The notes beneath the pieces were generated by a model that was given only the letters and a program-made list of their open reading frames with translations, was not told the DNA's origin and made no database searches. The translations under genes and the position numbers were made by a program. Of a stretch of 64,000 nucleotides of DNA, positions 29,979-38,521 are shown piece after piece (position 1 is the first letter of the stretch; every line of letters begins with the position of its first letter). Source of the stretch: a virus; IMG/VR virus record IMGVR_UViG_3300044859_001080, positions 1 through 64,000 of that record; one strand, given 5' to 3'.

Positions 29979-32900
29979 ATGCCAACTAGATTAAATATTT
30001 ATGGTCAGGCCATTTCAACAACGAAGAAAAGGCCGTGTATTGTTGCAACAACAGGTCATATAGTACTATCTGGAGCAACAACACCAACATCAATTGATGG
30101 GATTAATATTGATGTTAATGATAGAATACTGGTGTGGCAACAAAATTCGCCACAAAATAATGGAATATACAAATTAGAAACATCAGAATTATTAAGCCGT
30201 GATTATGATTTTAATATCAGTGACGATGTTTATACTGGTGTTGAGGTTTTGGTATTATCAGGATTAACATATTCTGGTAAAACATTTTATTTAACAACAA
30301 CAGATGAGATAACAATTGGAAGTAGTTTATTAACATTTGATATTCTTGCTGGTCAAAATGGAACAAGCGGAAGTTCAGGAACAAGTGGTTCATCAGGAAC
30401 AAGTGGCTCATCTGGAACAAGCGGAAGTTCAGGAACAAGTGGCTCATCTGGAACAAGTGGAAGTTCAGGAACAAGTGGCTCATCAGGAACAAGTGGAAGT
30501 TCAGGAACAAGTGGAAGTTCAGGAACAAGTGGTTCATCTGGAACAAGTGGCTCATCAGGAACAAGTGGAAGTTCAGGAACAAGTGGAAGTTCAGGTACAA
30601 GTGGTTCATCAGGTACAAGCGGAAGTTCAGGAACAAGTGGCTCATCAGGAACAAGTGGAAGTTCAGGAACAAGTGGAAGTTCAGGAACAAGTGGAAGTTC
30701 AGGTACAAGCGGAAGTTCAGGAACAAGTGGTTCATCAGGAACAAGTGGAAGTTCAGGAACAAGTGGAAGTTCAGGAACAAGTGGAAGTTCAGGAACAAGT
30801 GGTTCATCTGGAACAAGTGGAAGTTCAGGAACAAGTGGTTCATCAGGTACAAGCGGAAGTTCAGGAACAAGTGGTTCATCTGGAACAAGCGGTTCATCTG
30901 GAACAAGCGGAAGTTCAGGTACAAGTGGAAGTTCTGGAACAAGTGGAAGTTCAGGTACAAGCGGAAGTTCAGGAACAAGTGGTTCATCTGGAACAAGCGG
31001 TTCATCTGGAACAAGCGGAAGTTCAGGTACAAGTGGAAGTTCTGGAACAAGTGGAAGTTCAGGAACAAGTGGTTCATCAGGTACAAGTGGCTCATCTGGA
31101 ACAAGCGGTTCATCAGGTACAAGTGGTTCATCTGGAACAAGCGGAAGTTCAGGAACAAGTGGAAGTTCAGGAACAAGTGGAAGTTCAGGAACAAGTGGAA
31201 GTTCAGGAACAAGTGGAAGTTCAGGAACAAGTGGCTCATCAGGTACAAGTGGCTCATCAGGTACAAGTGGCTCATCTGGAACAAGCGGAAGTTCAGGAAC
31301 AAGTGGAAGTTCAGGAACAAGTGGAAGTTCAGGAACAAGTGGAAGTTCAGGAACAAGTGGCTCATCAGGTACAAGTGGCTCATCTGGAACAAGCGGAAGT
31401 TCAGGTACAAGTGGAAGTTCAGGAACAAGTGGAAGTTCAGGAACAAGTGGCTCATCAGGTACAAGCGGTTCATCAGGTACAAGCGGAAGTTCAGGAACAA
31501 GTGGCTCATCAGGAACAAGTGGCTCATCTGGAACAAGCGGAAGTTCAGGAACAAGCGGAAGTTCAGGTACAAGTGGAAGTTCAGGAACAAGTGGCTCATC
31601 TGGAACAAGTGGCTCATCTGGAACAAGCGGTTCATCAGGTACAAGTGGTTCATCTGGAACAAGCGGAAGTTCAGGAACAAGTGGTTCATCTGGAACAAGC
31701 GGAAGTTCAGGAACAAGTGGTTCATCTGGAACAAGCGGAAGTTCAGGAACAAGTGGTTCATCTGGAACAAGTGGTACTGATGGAACAAGTGGCTCATCTG
31801 GAACAAGTGGCTCATCTGGAACAAGTGGCTCATCTGGAACAAGCGGTTCATCAGGTACAAGCGGAAGTTCAGGAACAAGTGGTTCATCTGGAACAAGTGG
31901 TACTGATGGAACAAGTGGCTCATCTGGAACAAGTGGAAGTTCAGGAACAAGTGGCTCATCTGGAACAAGTGGCTCATCTGGAACAAGCGGTTCATCAGGT
32001 ACAAGTGGTTCATCTGGAACAAGCGGAAGTTCAGGAACAAGTGGTTCATCTGGAACAAGTGGTACTGATGGAACAAGTGGCTCATCTGGAACAAGTGGAA
32101 GTTCAGGAACAAGTGGCTCATCTGGAACAAGCGGAAGTTCAGGAACAAGTGGAAGTTCAGGAACAAGTGGTTCATCTGGAACAAGCGGAAGTTCAGGTAC
32201 AAGTGGAACAGCAGGAACAAGTGGAACAAGTCCATCAATAGTAGAATTATCTATTTCAGGTGCAACAAATGGGTCAAATAGAACATTTACCATTTCTCAA
32301 GAAATTGACCAAGAGGCTAGTTTATTCTTTGTTAATGGTCAATTACAACAATATGGTGATGATTATACCATTGCTGGAAATCAATTAACAATTGACTCAG
32401 AAAACCCAGCACCAACATCAACATACATATTAAAATTATTTGGCGGTGGTATTCTTTTTGGTATCAATGGAACAAGTGGAACATCAGCCTTTATTACCTC
32501 ATCAGCATCAACACCATCACCAATAGATGCAAATTCAATGTGTTTTTGGTTTGACACAGTAAATTTAGAGCCAATGGTTTCTTATTGTGGGTATAGTGGA
32601 GCAGCTTCATGGTCAGCAGGGGGTGCATTGATAACAGGAAACCAGCAATTTGCAGGAGCAGGAACACAGAATGAAGGACTTGTATTTGGAGGTACTGGTC
32701 CTGTATCTTGCACTGAAGAATATAATGGCACATCTTGGTCAACAGGTGGTGCATTAGCAACAGCAAGATGTGGTTTAGCAGGAGCAGGAACACAAAATGT
32801 AGGACTTGCTTTTGGTGGACATAGTTCATATGGTTCTTGCACAGAAGAATATAATGGTACATCTTGGTCAGCAGGAGGTGCATTAGCAACAGCAAGACGA

Positions 32901-33929
32901 TTTTTAGCAGGAGCAGGAACACAGAATGCAGCGCTTGCAGCAGGAGGTACTTATCCAATAACGTCTTGCACAGAAGAATACAATGGTACATCTTGGTCAG
33001 AAGGAGGTGCATTAGCAACAGCAAGATGTGGTTTAGCAGGAGCAGGATCACAGAATGCAGGACTTGCATTTGGAGGTAATGGTCCTTTATCTTGCACAGA
33101 AGAATATAATGGTACATCTTGGTCAGCAGGTGGTGTATTAATAGTTGCAAGAAGATTATTAGCAGGAGCAGGAACACAAAACGCAGGACTTGCATTTGGA
33201 GGAACTCCATCAGGATCTTGCACAGAAGAATACAATGGCACATTATGGTCAGCAGGAGGTGCACTGATAACAGGAAGACAAAATTTGGCTGGAGCAGGAA
33301 TACAGAATGCAGCGCTTGCAGCAGGAGGTGGTTATGGATCATTAACTTGCACCGAAGAATACTCAGCACCAATAGTTTTGATTGATAGTTCAGGTACAGG
33401 AACACCAGGTGCAAGTGGAAGTTCAGGAACAAGTGGTGCAGCAGGAAGTAGTGGCACATCAGGTGCATCTGGAACAAGTGGTTCGTCTGGAACAAGTGGT
33501 TCTAATGCTGGAATAACATCATATACAAACCCAGTTGATAATAGGGTATTAACCTCAGTATCATCAACGTCAATAAATGCTGAAGCCAACTTAACTTTTG
33601 ATGGTAGTGTTTTAACTGTTACAGGAACTATAACAGAAACATCAACAGAAAAAGTAAAAGAAAATATAGAAGAAATTAGTAATCCTTTAGAGATTGTGAA
33701 AAAATTAAGAGGAGTAGAATATAACAAAATAGGTAATTCTATAAAAGAAATTGGTTTAATTGCAGAGGAAGTAGATAAAGTGCTACCACAAGTGGTAATA
33801 AAAGATTATGAAGGTAAACCAGCATCTGTCTCATATTCAAGAATAACAGCAATATTAATTGAAGCAATAAAAATACAGAATAAACAAATTGAAAATTTAA
33901 CAAAAAGGATTGAAGTATTAGAAAAATAA
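29979..33929 (+). CDS. Long tail fibre: N-terminal fibre domain, Gly-X-Y (GTSGSS) stalk, Kelch propeller, peptidase S74 intramolecular chaperone
   Basis: DRILVWQQ..QNNGIY N-domain; 624 aa G-X-Y tract; six Kelch blades (32538-33389); STEKVKENI...IGLIAEEV...VSYSRITAILIEAIK S74-like C-terminus. Confidence 0.85.
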   Translation: MPTRLNIYGQAISTTKKRPCIVATTGHIVLSGATTPTSIDGINIDVNDRILVWQQNSPQNNGIYKLETSELLSRDYDFNISDDVYTGVEVLVLSGLTYSGKTFYLTTTDEITIGSSLLTFDILAGQNGTSGSSGTSGSSGTSGSSGTSGSSGTSGSSGTSGSSGTSGSSGTSGSSGTSGSSGTSGSSGTSGSSGTSGSSGTSGSSGTSGSSGTSGSSGTSGSSGTSGSSGTSGSSGTSGSSGTSGSSGTSGSSGTSGSSGTSGSSGTSGSSGTSGSSGTSGSSGTSGSSGTSGSSGTSGSSGTSGSSGTSGSSGTSGSSGTSGSSGTSGSSGTSGSSGTSGSSGTSGSSGTSGSSGTSGSSGTSGSSGTSGSSGTSGSSGTSGSSGTSGSSGTSGSSGTSGSSGTSGSSGTSGSSGTSGSSGTSGSSGTSGSSGTSGSSGTSGSSGTSGSSGTSGSSGTSGSSGTSGSSGTSGSSGTSGSSGTSGSSGTSGSSGTSGSSGTSGSSGTSGSSGTSGSSGTSGSSGTSGSSGTSGSSGTSGSSGTSGSSGTSGSSGTSGSSGTSGSSGTSGSSGTSGSSGTSGSSGTSGSSGTSGSSGTSGTDGTSGSSGTSGSSGTSGSSGTSGSSGTSGSSGTSGSSGTSGTDGTSGSSGTSGSSGTSGSSGTSGSSGTSGSSGTSGSSGTSGSSGTSGSSGTSGTDGTSGSSGTSGSSGTSGSSGTSGSSGTSGSSGTSGSSGTSGSSGTSGTAGTSGTSPSIVELSISGATNGSNRTFTISQEIDQEASLFFVNGQLQQYGDDYTIAGNQLTIDSENPAPTSTYILKLFGGGILFGINGTSGTSAFITSSASTPSPIDANSMCFWFDTVNLEPMVSYCGYSGAASWSAGGALITGNQQFAGAGTQNEGLVFGGTGPVSCTEEYNGTSWSTGGALATARCGLAGAGTQNVGLAFGGHSSYGSCTEEYNGTSWSAGGALATARRFLAGAGTQNAALAAGGTYPITSCTEEYNGTSWSEGGALATARCGLAGAGSQNAGLAFGGNGPLSCTEEYNGTSWSAGGVLIVARRLLAGAGTQNAGLAFGGTPSGSCTEEYNGTLWSAGGALITGRQNLAGAGIQNAALAAGGGYGSLTCTEEYSAPIVLIDSSGTGTPGASGSSGTSGAAGSSGTSGASGTSGSSGTSGSNAGITSYTNPVDNRVLTSVSSTSINAEANLTFDGSVLTVTGTITETSTEKVKENIEEISNPLEIVKKLRGVEYNKIGNSIKEIGLIAEEVDKVLPQVVIKDYEGKPASVSYSRITAILIEAIKIQNKQIENLTKRIEVLEK
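30360..32231 (+). repeat. 18-bp tandem coding repeat (~104 units, GTSGSS)
   Basis: GGAACAAG(T/C)GG(AAGTTCA | TTCATCT | CTCATCA...) units; three GTD and one GTA variants. Confidence 0.97.
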
Positions 33930-33934
33930 TACTA

Positions 33935-33942
33935 TATTTATA
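33935..33942 (+). promoter_or_regulatory. TATTTATA putative late promoter
   Basis: 15 nt upstream of ATG 33958. Confidence 0.6.
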
Positions 33943-33957
33943 TTAAATCAAAAAAAC

Positions 33958-34200
33958 ATGAAAAAGTATTATCAAGTAGAAAATTATGGACATGGGTTTA
34001 TTACCCACCAAGAAAATGAAACTGCACATATTGCTGGTTATCCTGGCAACATTTGGGTTACAGAAAACACAACATGGGCACAAAGAGTGAGTGCTGTTGA
34101 AAAGACAAAAGAGCAGGCTCAAGTAATTGTTGATGCTGCTGTTGCATCTTCATATACACCACCTAATAGCACAACTCCACCACCAATAATTTTACCTTAA
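33958..34200 (+). CDS. Small hypothetical protein (possible fibre assembly/accessory)
   Basis: 80 aa ORF with promoter motif and A-rich leader, directly after the fibre. Confidence 0.65.
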   Translation: MKKYYQVENYGHGFITHQENETAHIAGYPGNIWVTENTTWAQRVSAVEKTKEQAQVIVDAAVASSYTPPNSTTPPPIILP

Positions 34201-34211
34201 AAAAAAAGTAC

Positions 34212-34892
34212 ATGAATAAAGAATTGCAAATCACAGAAGATTTAAGAGAAATTATTAGTGTTTTAAATGATGAGGACGCACAAACCATTTTATCATTAAA
34301 AGATGAATTAATGGATAATTGGCAAAAAAAACAAATATTTAGAACTGAAACCGAAATGAGAGTTTCGGTTCTAAATGATGCCAAACATCCAACAAATGCT
34401 TCAAAGTATTGGCAATCAGTTAGGGAAATGTCAGCACATTTTGATGCCTTAATGAATTTAAGTTTTGATTTAAGAAAAAACACAGTTGATAAATTAAGAC
34501 TTGATAAGAAGGTTCAAGATTTGTTAGAGGATGAAGAACTTAATAGATTTGATATTATGGAAGCAAACATTGATTTGGACCGCAACATCTATGATAGAAA
34601 TTGTATGTTGCAAGTTTCCAAGGATAGAGTTAGAGAGTTAAGTACGTGGAGTAAGATTAAATCTGAATTAGACAACGAAACTTTTGACACTAAAAATGTT
34701 AATACTCATCAAGCAGAATCGCTTCACAGGTATTTTGAGAATAGGGTTAAATCATTAAATGATGCATCAGCTCCAGGAGAAATAATGAATGCTATGGGTC
34801 CATATTTATCATTCAATAGAATGAAGAATGAGGAAGGTACATTATTAAATTTTTTAGGAGAAGTTCCAGAAGACAAGAAGAAATTAAATTAA
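34212..34892 (+). CDS. Coiled-coil hypothetical protein
   Basis: 226 aa, helical and charged; FRTETEMRVSVLND.KHPT.ASKYWQ block. Confidence 0.7.
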   Translation: MNKELQITEDLREIISVLNDEDAQTILSLKDELMDNWQKKQIFRTETEMRVSVLNDAKHPTNASKYWQSVREMSAHFDALMNLSFDLRKNTVDKLRLDKKVQDLLEDEELNRFDIMEANIDLDRNIYDRNCMLQVSKDRVRELSTWSKIKSELDNETFDTKNVNTHQAESLHRYFENRVKSLNDASAPGEIMNAMGPYLSFNRMKNEEGTLLNFLGEVPEDKKKLN

Positions 34893-34895
34893 TTT

Positions 34896-35480
34896 ATGAC
34901 TAATTTTATTTACACAAAAAACAATGCACTATCAGGAAATGTTTGCCTTAATTTAATAAAGGCTTTTGAAGAATCTGATTTAAAACAACCAGGTGTTCTT
35001 TATGGCCCAGAGGGTATTTCATCTGATAGTGATAAGAAATCAACCGACATCACATTTGATCCCTCTTTTATGAATAAAGAACCTTGGTCTTTATTATTGG
35101 AGGATGTTATTGTTTCAGTTAAAACTGGTGTGTTAGATTATTTAAATAGGCATTCAACTGCAATGTCAAAAATGGATCCTATTGATTTATATACATATTT
35201 TAATATGCAAAAATATGAACCAAATGAAGGGTTTTTTGGTTGGCATTGTGAGAGAGCTGGTATAAAGCATTCTGACAGATTATTGGTTTGGATGGTTTAT
35301 TTAAATACTTTGACAGATAGAGGTGAAACTGAATTTTTTTATCAGCAACACTTTGAAAGACCAGAGAGAGGGAAACTTGTCATTTGGCCATCAGATTGGT
35401 CTCATTTGCATAGAGGTGTTCCATCACCTACTGAAACTAAATACATCCTAACTGGGTGGTTCACACATATAAAGAATTAA
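34896..35480 (+). CDS. 2OG-Fe(II) oxygenase (prolyl-hydroxylase-like)
   Basis: WHCE, WMVYLN, GETEF, HLHRG, KYILTGW. Confidence 0.88.
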   Translation: MTNFIYTKNNALSGNVCLNLIKAFEESDLKQPGVLYGPEGISSDSDKKSTDITFDPSFMNKEPWSLLLEDVIVSVKTGVLDYLNRHSTAMSKMDPIDLYTYFNMQKYEPNEGFFGWHCERAGIKHSDRLLVWMVYLNTLTDRGETEFFYQQHFERPERGKLVIWPSDWSHLHRGVPSPTETKYILTGWFTHIKN

Positions 35481-35483
35481 TTT

Positions 35484-36086
35484 ATGGATTTTTCTATACA
35501 TGAGGAGACATGGTTTTCCACACCTATATGGGAGGCAGAAGTTAAGAACATTGATAATAATGAAATAAAGGATTATTGTTTGTGGTTAAGGGATAACACA
35601 AAAGGTGCATTCATCTCAAATAGAGGTGGTTGGCATAGTAGTGAGATTGTTTTACCATTACCAAATGAATTAATGTCATTATTTAATAATCTTGAATTAT
35701 TTGCTAATGAACAATGCTACAAACATCTAGGTGTGGGAAACTTAAAATTGGGTAATTTTTGGGTTAACATAAACACCAATGGGTCATACAATCTTTTGCA
35801 TGACCATCAAAATAGTATATTATCTGGTGTATATTATGTTTCTGTTCCATATGATAATATGGGAGACTTGGTATTACATAGAGGTGATACAGCAGAATAT
35901 TTTTTGAAGTCAGATGTTGAGAGGGTTAGCACAAAGACAAATTCTTTTGTTGCAGTAAAGAAGCCCATTGAATCTTTATTTTACATTTTTCCTAGTTGGG
36001 TTAGACATCATGTTGAATCAAACTATTCAGATGGTGAGAGAATATCAATTGCATTTAATTTTATACAAGACAAGAAGAAAATATGA
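35484..36086 (+). CDS. 2OG-Fe(II) oxygenase, TIGR02466-like
   Basis: WVNIN..HDH..LSGVYY..FPSWVRHHV..RISIAFN. Confidence 0.88.
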   Translation: MDFSIHEETWFSTPIWEAEVKNIDNNEIKDYCLWLRDNTKGAFISNRGGWHSSEIVLPLPNELMSLFNNLELFANEQCYKHLGVGNLKLGNFWVNINTNGSYNLLHDHQNSILSGVYYVSVPYDNMGDLVLHRGDTAEYFLKSDVERVSTKTNSFVAVKKPIESLFYIFPSWVRHHVESNYSDGERISIAFNFIQDKKKI

Positions 36087-36721
36087 AAGCACAAGTATTT
36101 GCAATATTCCCAACACCTTTATATGTGGCAAATTATGAGGGTGATTTAAAAGAGGTTATTGAATATTTTGATAGGAATGAAATGCAAGACACCAAAGCAG
36201 GGTATGGTATGATTTCAAACAATAGTTATATATTGGATAATCCAATATGTGATGAGGTGAATAAGTTTTTTATGGAATCCTTTAAAGATTTTGCAACAAA
36301 TGTAATGAGATATAGATATGAGGATTTGCAATTTGCACAATCCTGGTTGACATATAAAGCACCAAAACAATTCCATAAAGCACATACCCATCCAAACACC
36401 TTATTGGCTGGTGTTTTTTATTATGATGCACAAGAGGATGATGCTGCCATTTGTTTTTCAAAAGATGTTAAATCATTTAATAGATCATACTTTGAGCCAT
36501 CATTACTAGATGATTATCAAAATCATTCATTCTCACAAGAGGAGATATATTATAAACCAAAGAAAAATGATTTTTTAATATTCCCCTCTTGGTTAACACA
36601 TGGTGTTCCACCAAACAATACAAATAGGGTGAGAAAAGCATTAGGTGTCAATGCTTTAACAAAAGGCACATTAGGTGATAAAGAAACCATTTCAGAAATT
36701 ATATTTGGAAGATACAAATGA
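36083..36721 (+). CDS. 2OG-Fe(II) oxygenase, TIGR02466-like
   Basis: FPTPLY, HTHPN..LAGVFY..FPSWLTHGV..RKALGVN. Confidence 0.88.
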   Translation: MKAQVFAIFPTPLYVANYEGDLKEVIEYFDRNEMQDTKAGYGMISNNSYILDNPICDEVNKFFMESFKDFATNVMRYRYEDLQFAQSWLTYKAPKQFHKAHTHPNTLLAGVFYYDAQEDDAAICFSKDVKSFNRSYFEPSLLDDYQNHSFSQEEIYYKPKKNDFLIFPSWLTHGVPPNNTNRVRKALGVNALTKGTLGDKETISEIIFGRYK

Positions 36722-37536
36722 AACAAAAGATATTTTTTAATTCAACGTTACCAAGGAGTGGTAGCACTTTATTACAAAACATAATGGGACAAAATCCTGA
36801 ATTTCATGTAACACCAACATCAGGTCTAATTGATTTGATGTTAGGAGCAAGAATAGGATACAATCAAAACCATGAATCAAAGGCTGGTGATACAGAAATG
36901 TGGAAAGAGGGTTTCTATAATTTCTGTAAAGAAGGTATAAAAGCATATGTTTCATCACAAACATCAAAACCATATTATTTGGATAAGAATAGGGTATGGG
37001 CGTTTTATTATAACCTATTATCAAATGTGGTAGAAAATCCAAAAGTAATATATATGGTTAGGGATTTACCATCCATATTTGCATCAATGGAGAAGAAGTT
37101 TAGAATGAATCCTGATAAAGATGATGGCACAATGGATAATATCAAAATGAAAGGGACAACAACACATAAGAGAGTTGAACTATGGGCGCAAACAGTTCCT
37201 GTAGGTTATTCATTGGAAAAATTACAACAAACATTATTGGATGGTACAGCAAAGAACTTTCTATTCATTAAATATGAAGACCTATGCAGTAATCCAGAAA
37301 TGGTGATGAGAAACATTTATAAATATTTAGAAGTAGATGATTTCAAACATAATTTTCAACATATAAGTCAAGTCACAGTAGAAAATGATGCAATACATGG
37401 GATATATGGTGATCATATTATAAGGAATAGTTTGAATATGTTACCAAATGATTCAAAAAATGTGCTAGGTCAATATACAGTTGATTCCATAAAGACATCC
37501 TATAAGTGGTACAATGATTTCTTTGGGTATAAATAA
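36718..37536 (+). CDS. PAPS-dependent sulfotransferase
   Basis: 5'-PSB loop LPRSGSTLL, 3'-PB VRD...FAS, IKYEDL. Confidence 0.88.
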   Translation: MKQKIFFNSTLPRSGSTLLQNIMGQNPEFHVTPTSGLIDLMLGARIGYNQNHESKAGDTEMWKEGFYNFCKEGIKAYVSSQTSKPYYLDKNRVWAFYYNLLSNVVENPKVIYMVRDLPSIFASMEKKFRMNPDKDDGTMDNIKMKGTTTHKRVELWAQTVPVGYSLEKLQQTLLDGTAKNFLFIKYEDLCSNPEMVMRNIYKYLEVDDFKHNFQHISQVTVENDAIHGIYGDHIIRNSLNMLPNDSKNVLGQYTVDSIKTSYKWYNDFFGYK

Positions 37537-37549
37537 AGTTAGGAGATGA

Positions 37550-37557
37550 TATTTATA
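37550..37557 (+). promoter_or_regulatory. TATTTATA putative late promoter
   Basis: 13 nt upstream of ATG 37571. Confidence 0.6.
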
Positions 37558-37570
37558 ATAAAAAAAGAAT

Positions 37571-38521
37571 ATGGCAAAATTACAAAGTACAGAAATAATA
37601 GGAGTTGCAAATAGACCTGCAACAATATGTTCAAATACGATGTGCATTTGGTTTGATACAGTTAATTTAAAACCAGTCATTTCATATTGTGGATATAGTC
37701 CTCCTTGGTCAGTAGGTGGCGCAATGATAACAGCAAGATGTGGTTTAGCAGGAGCAGGAACGCAAGATGCAGGTCTTGTGTTTGGAGGCTTTGCTAGTTT
37801 TTCTCCAAAATCTTGTACAGAAGAATACGATGGTGCATCTTGGTCAGCAGGTGGTGCATTATCAATAGCAAGACTTGGTTTAGCAGGAGCAGGAACACAG
37901 AATGAAGGACTTGCTTTTGGGGGAGGCGCTAGTTATTCTCCAATATCTTGTACAGAAGAATATAATGGCACATCGTGGTCATCAGGCGGTGCATTGATAG
38001 AAGCAAGGAGTTCTTTAGCAGGAGTAGGAACACAAAATGCAGGACTTGCATTAGGAGGTTATGCTAGTTATTCTCCATCATCTTGCACAGAAGAATATGA
38101 TGGTACAACTTGGGCAACAGGAGGTGCATTGATAGAAGCAAGGAGTTCTTTAGCAGGAGCAGGAACACAGAATGCAGGACTTGCTTTTGGAGGAACTCCA
38201 TCAGGATCTTGCACAGAAGAATACAATGGTACATCTTGGTCAGCAGGAGGTGCGTTGATAACAGCAAAATGTGGCTTAGCAGGAGCAGGAACACAGAATG
38301 CAGGACTTGCTTTTGGTGGTAACTCTTTTGCTGTGCCTGATACACAAGAATATAACGGCAGTTCTTGGGTGGCAGGCGGCAAATTATTATCAGTGAGATG
38401 TTCTTTAGCAGGAGCAGGGACGCAAAGTGCAGGACTTGCTATGGGTGGGTATAATGGTTCATGTGTTTCTTGTACAGAAGAATACATTAAAACAATCGCA
38501 ATAATAGATTCAATACGATAA
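37571..38521 (+). CDS. Six-blade Kelch-like propeller protein, cassette A
   Basis: Six ~46 aa repeats W.AGGAL..AR..LAGAGTQ.AGLAFGG-loop-CTEEY. Confidence 0.85.
   Translation: MAKLQSTEIIGVANRPATICSNTMCIWFDTVNLKPVISYCGYSPPWSVGGAMITARCGLAGAGTQDAGLVFGGFASFSPKSCTEEYDGASWSAGGALSIARLGLAGAGTQNEGLAFGGGASYSPISCTEEYNGTSWSSGGALIEARSSLAGVGTQNAGLALGGYASYSPSSCTEEYDGTTWATGGALIEARSSLAGAGTQNAGLAFGGTPSGSCTEEYNGTSWSAGGALITAKCGLAGAGTQNAGLAFGGNSFAVPDTQEYNGSSWVAGGKLLSVRCSLAGAGTQSAGLAMGGYNGSCVSCTEEYIKTIAIIDSIR

Noticed and set aside
30360-32231. Possible CRISPR array
   Set aside because: Contiguous 18-bp units with no unique spacers, in frame within a CDS; no cas genes (the 52055 nuclease is a stand-alone PD-(D/E)XK).
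30217-32293. Three long alternative-frame ORFs (634-673 aa) over the GTSGSS repeat
   Set aside because: Stop-free shadows of an 18-bp coding repeat; only the Gly frame is preserved by synonymous variation and joined to real domains.
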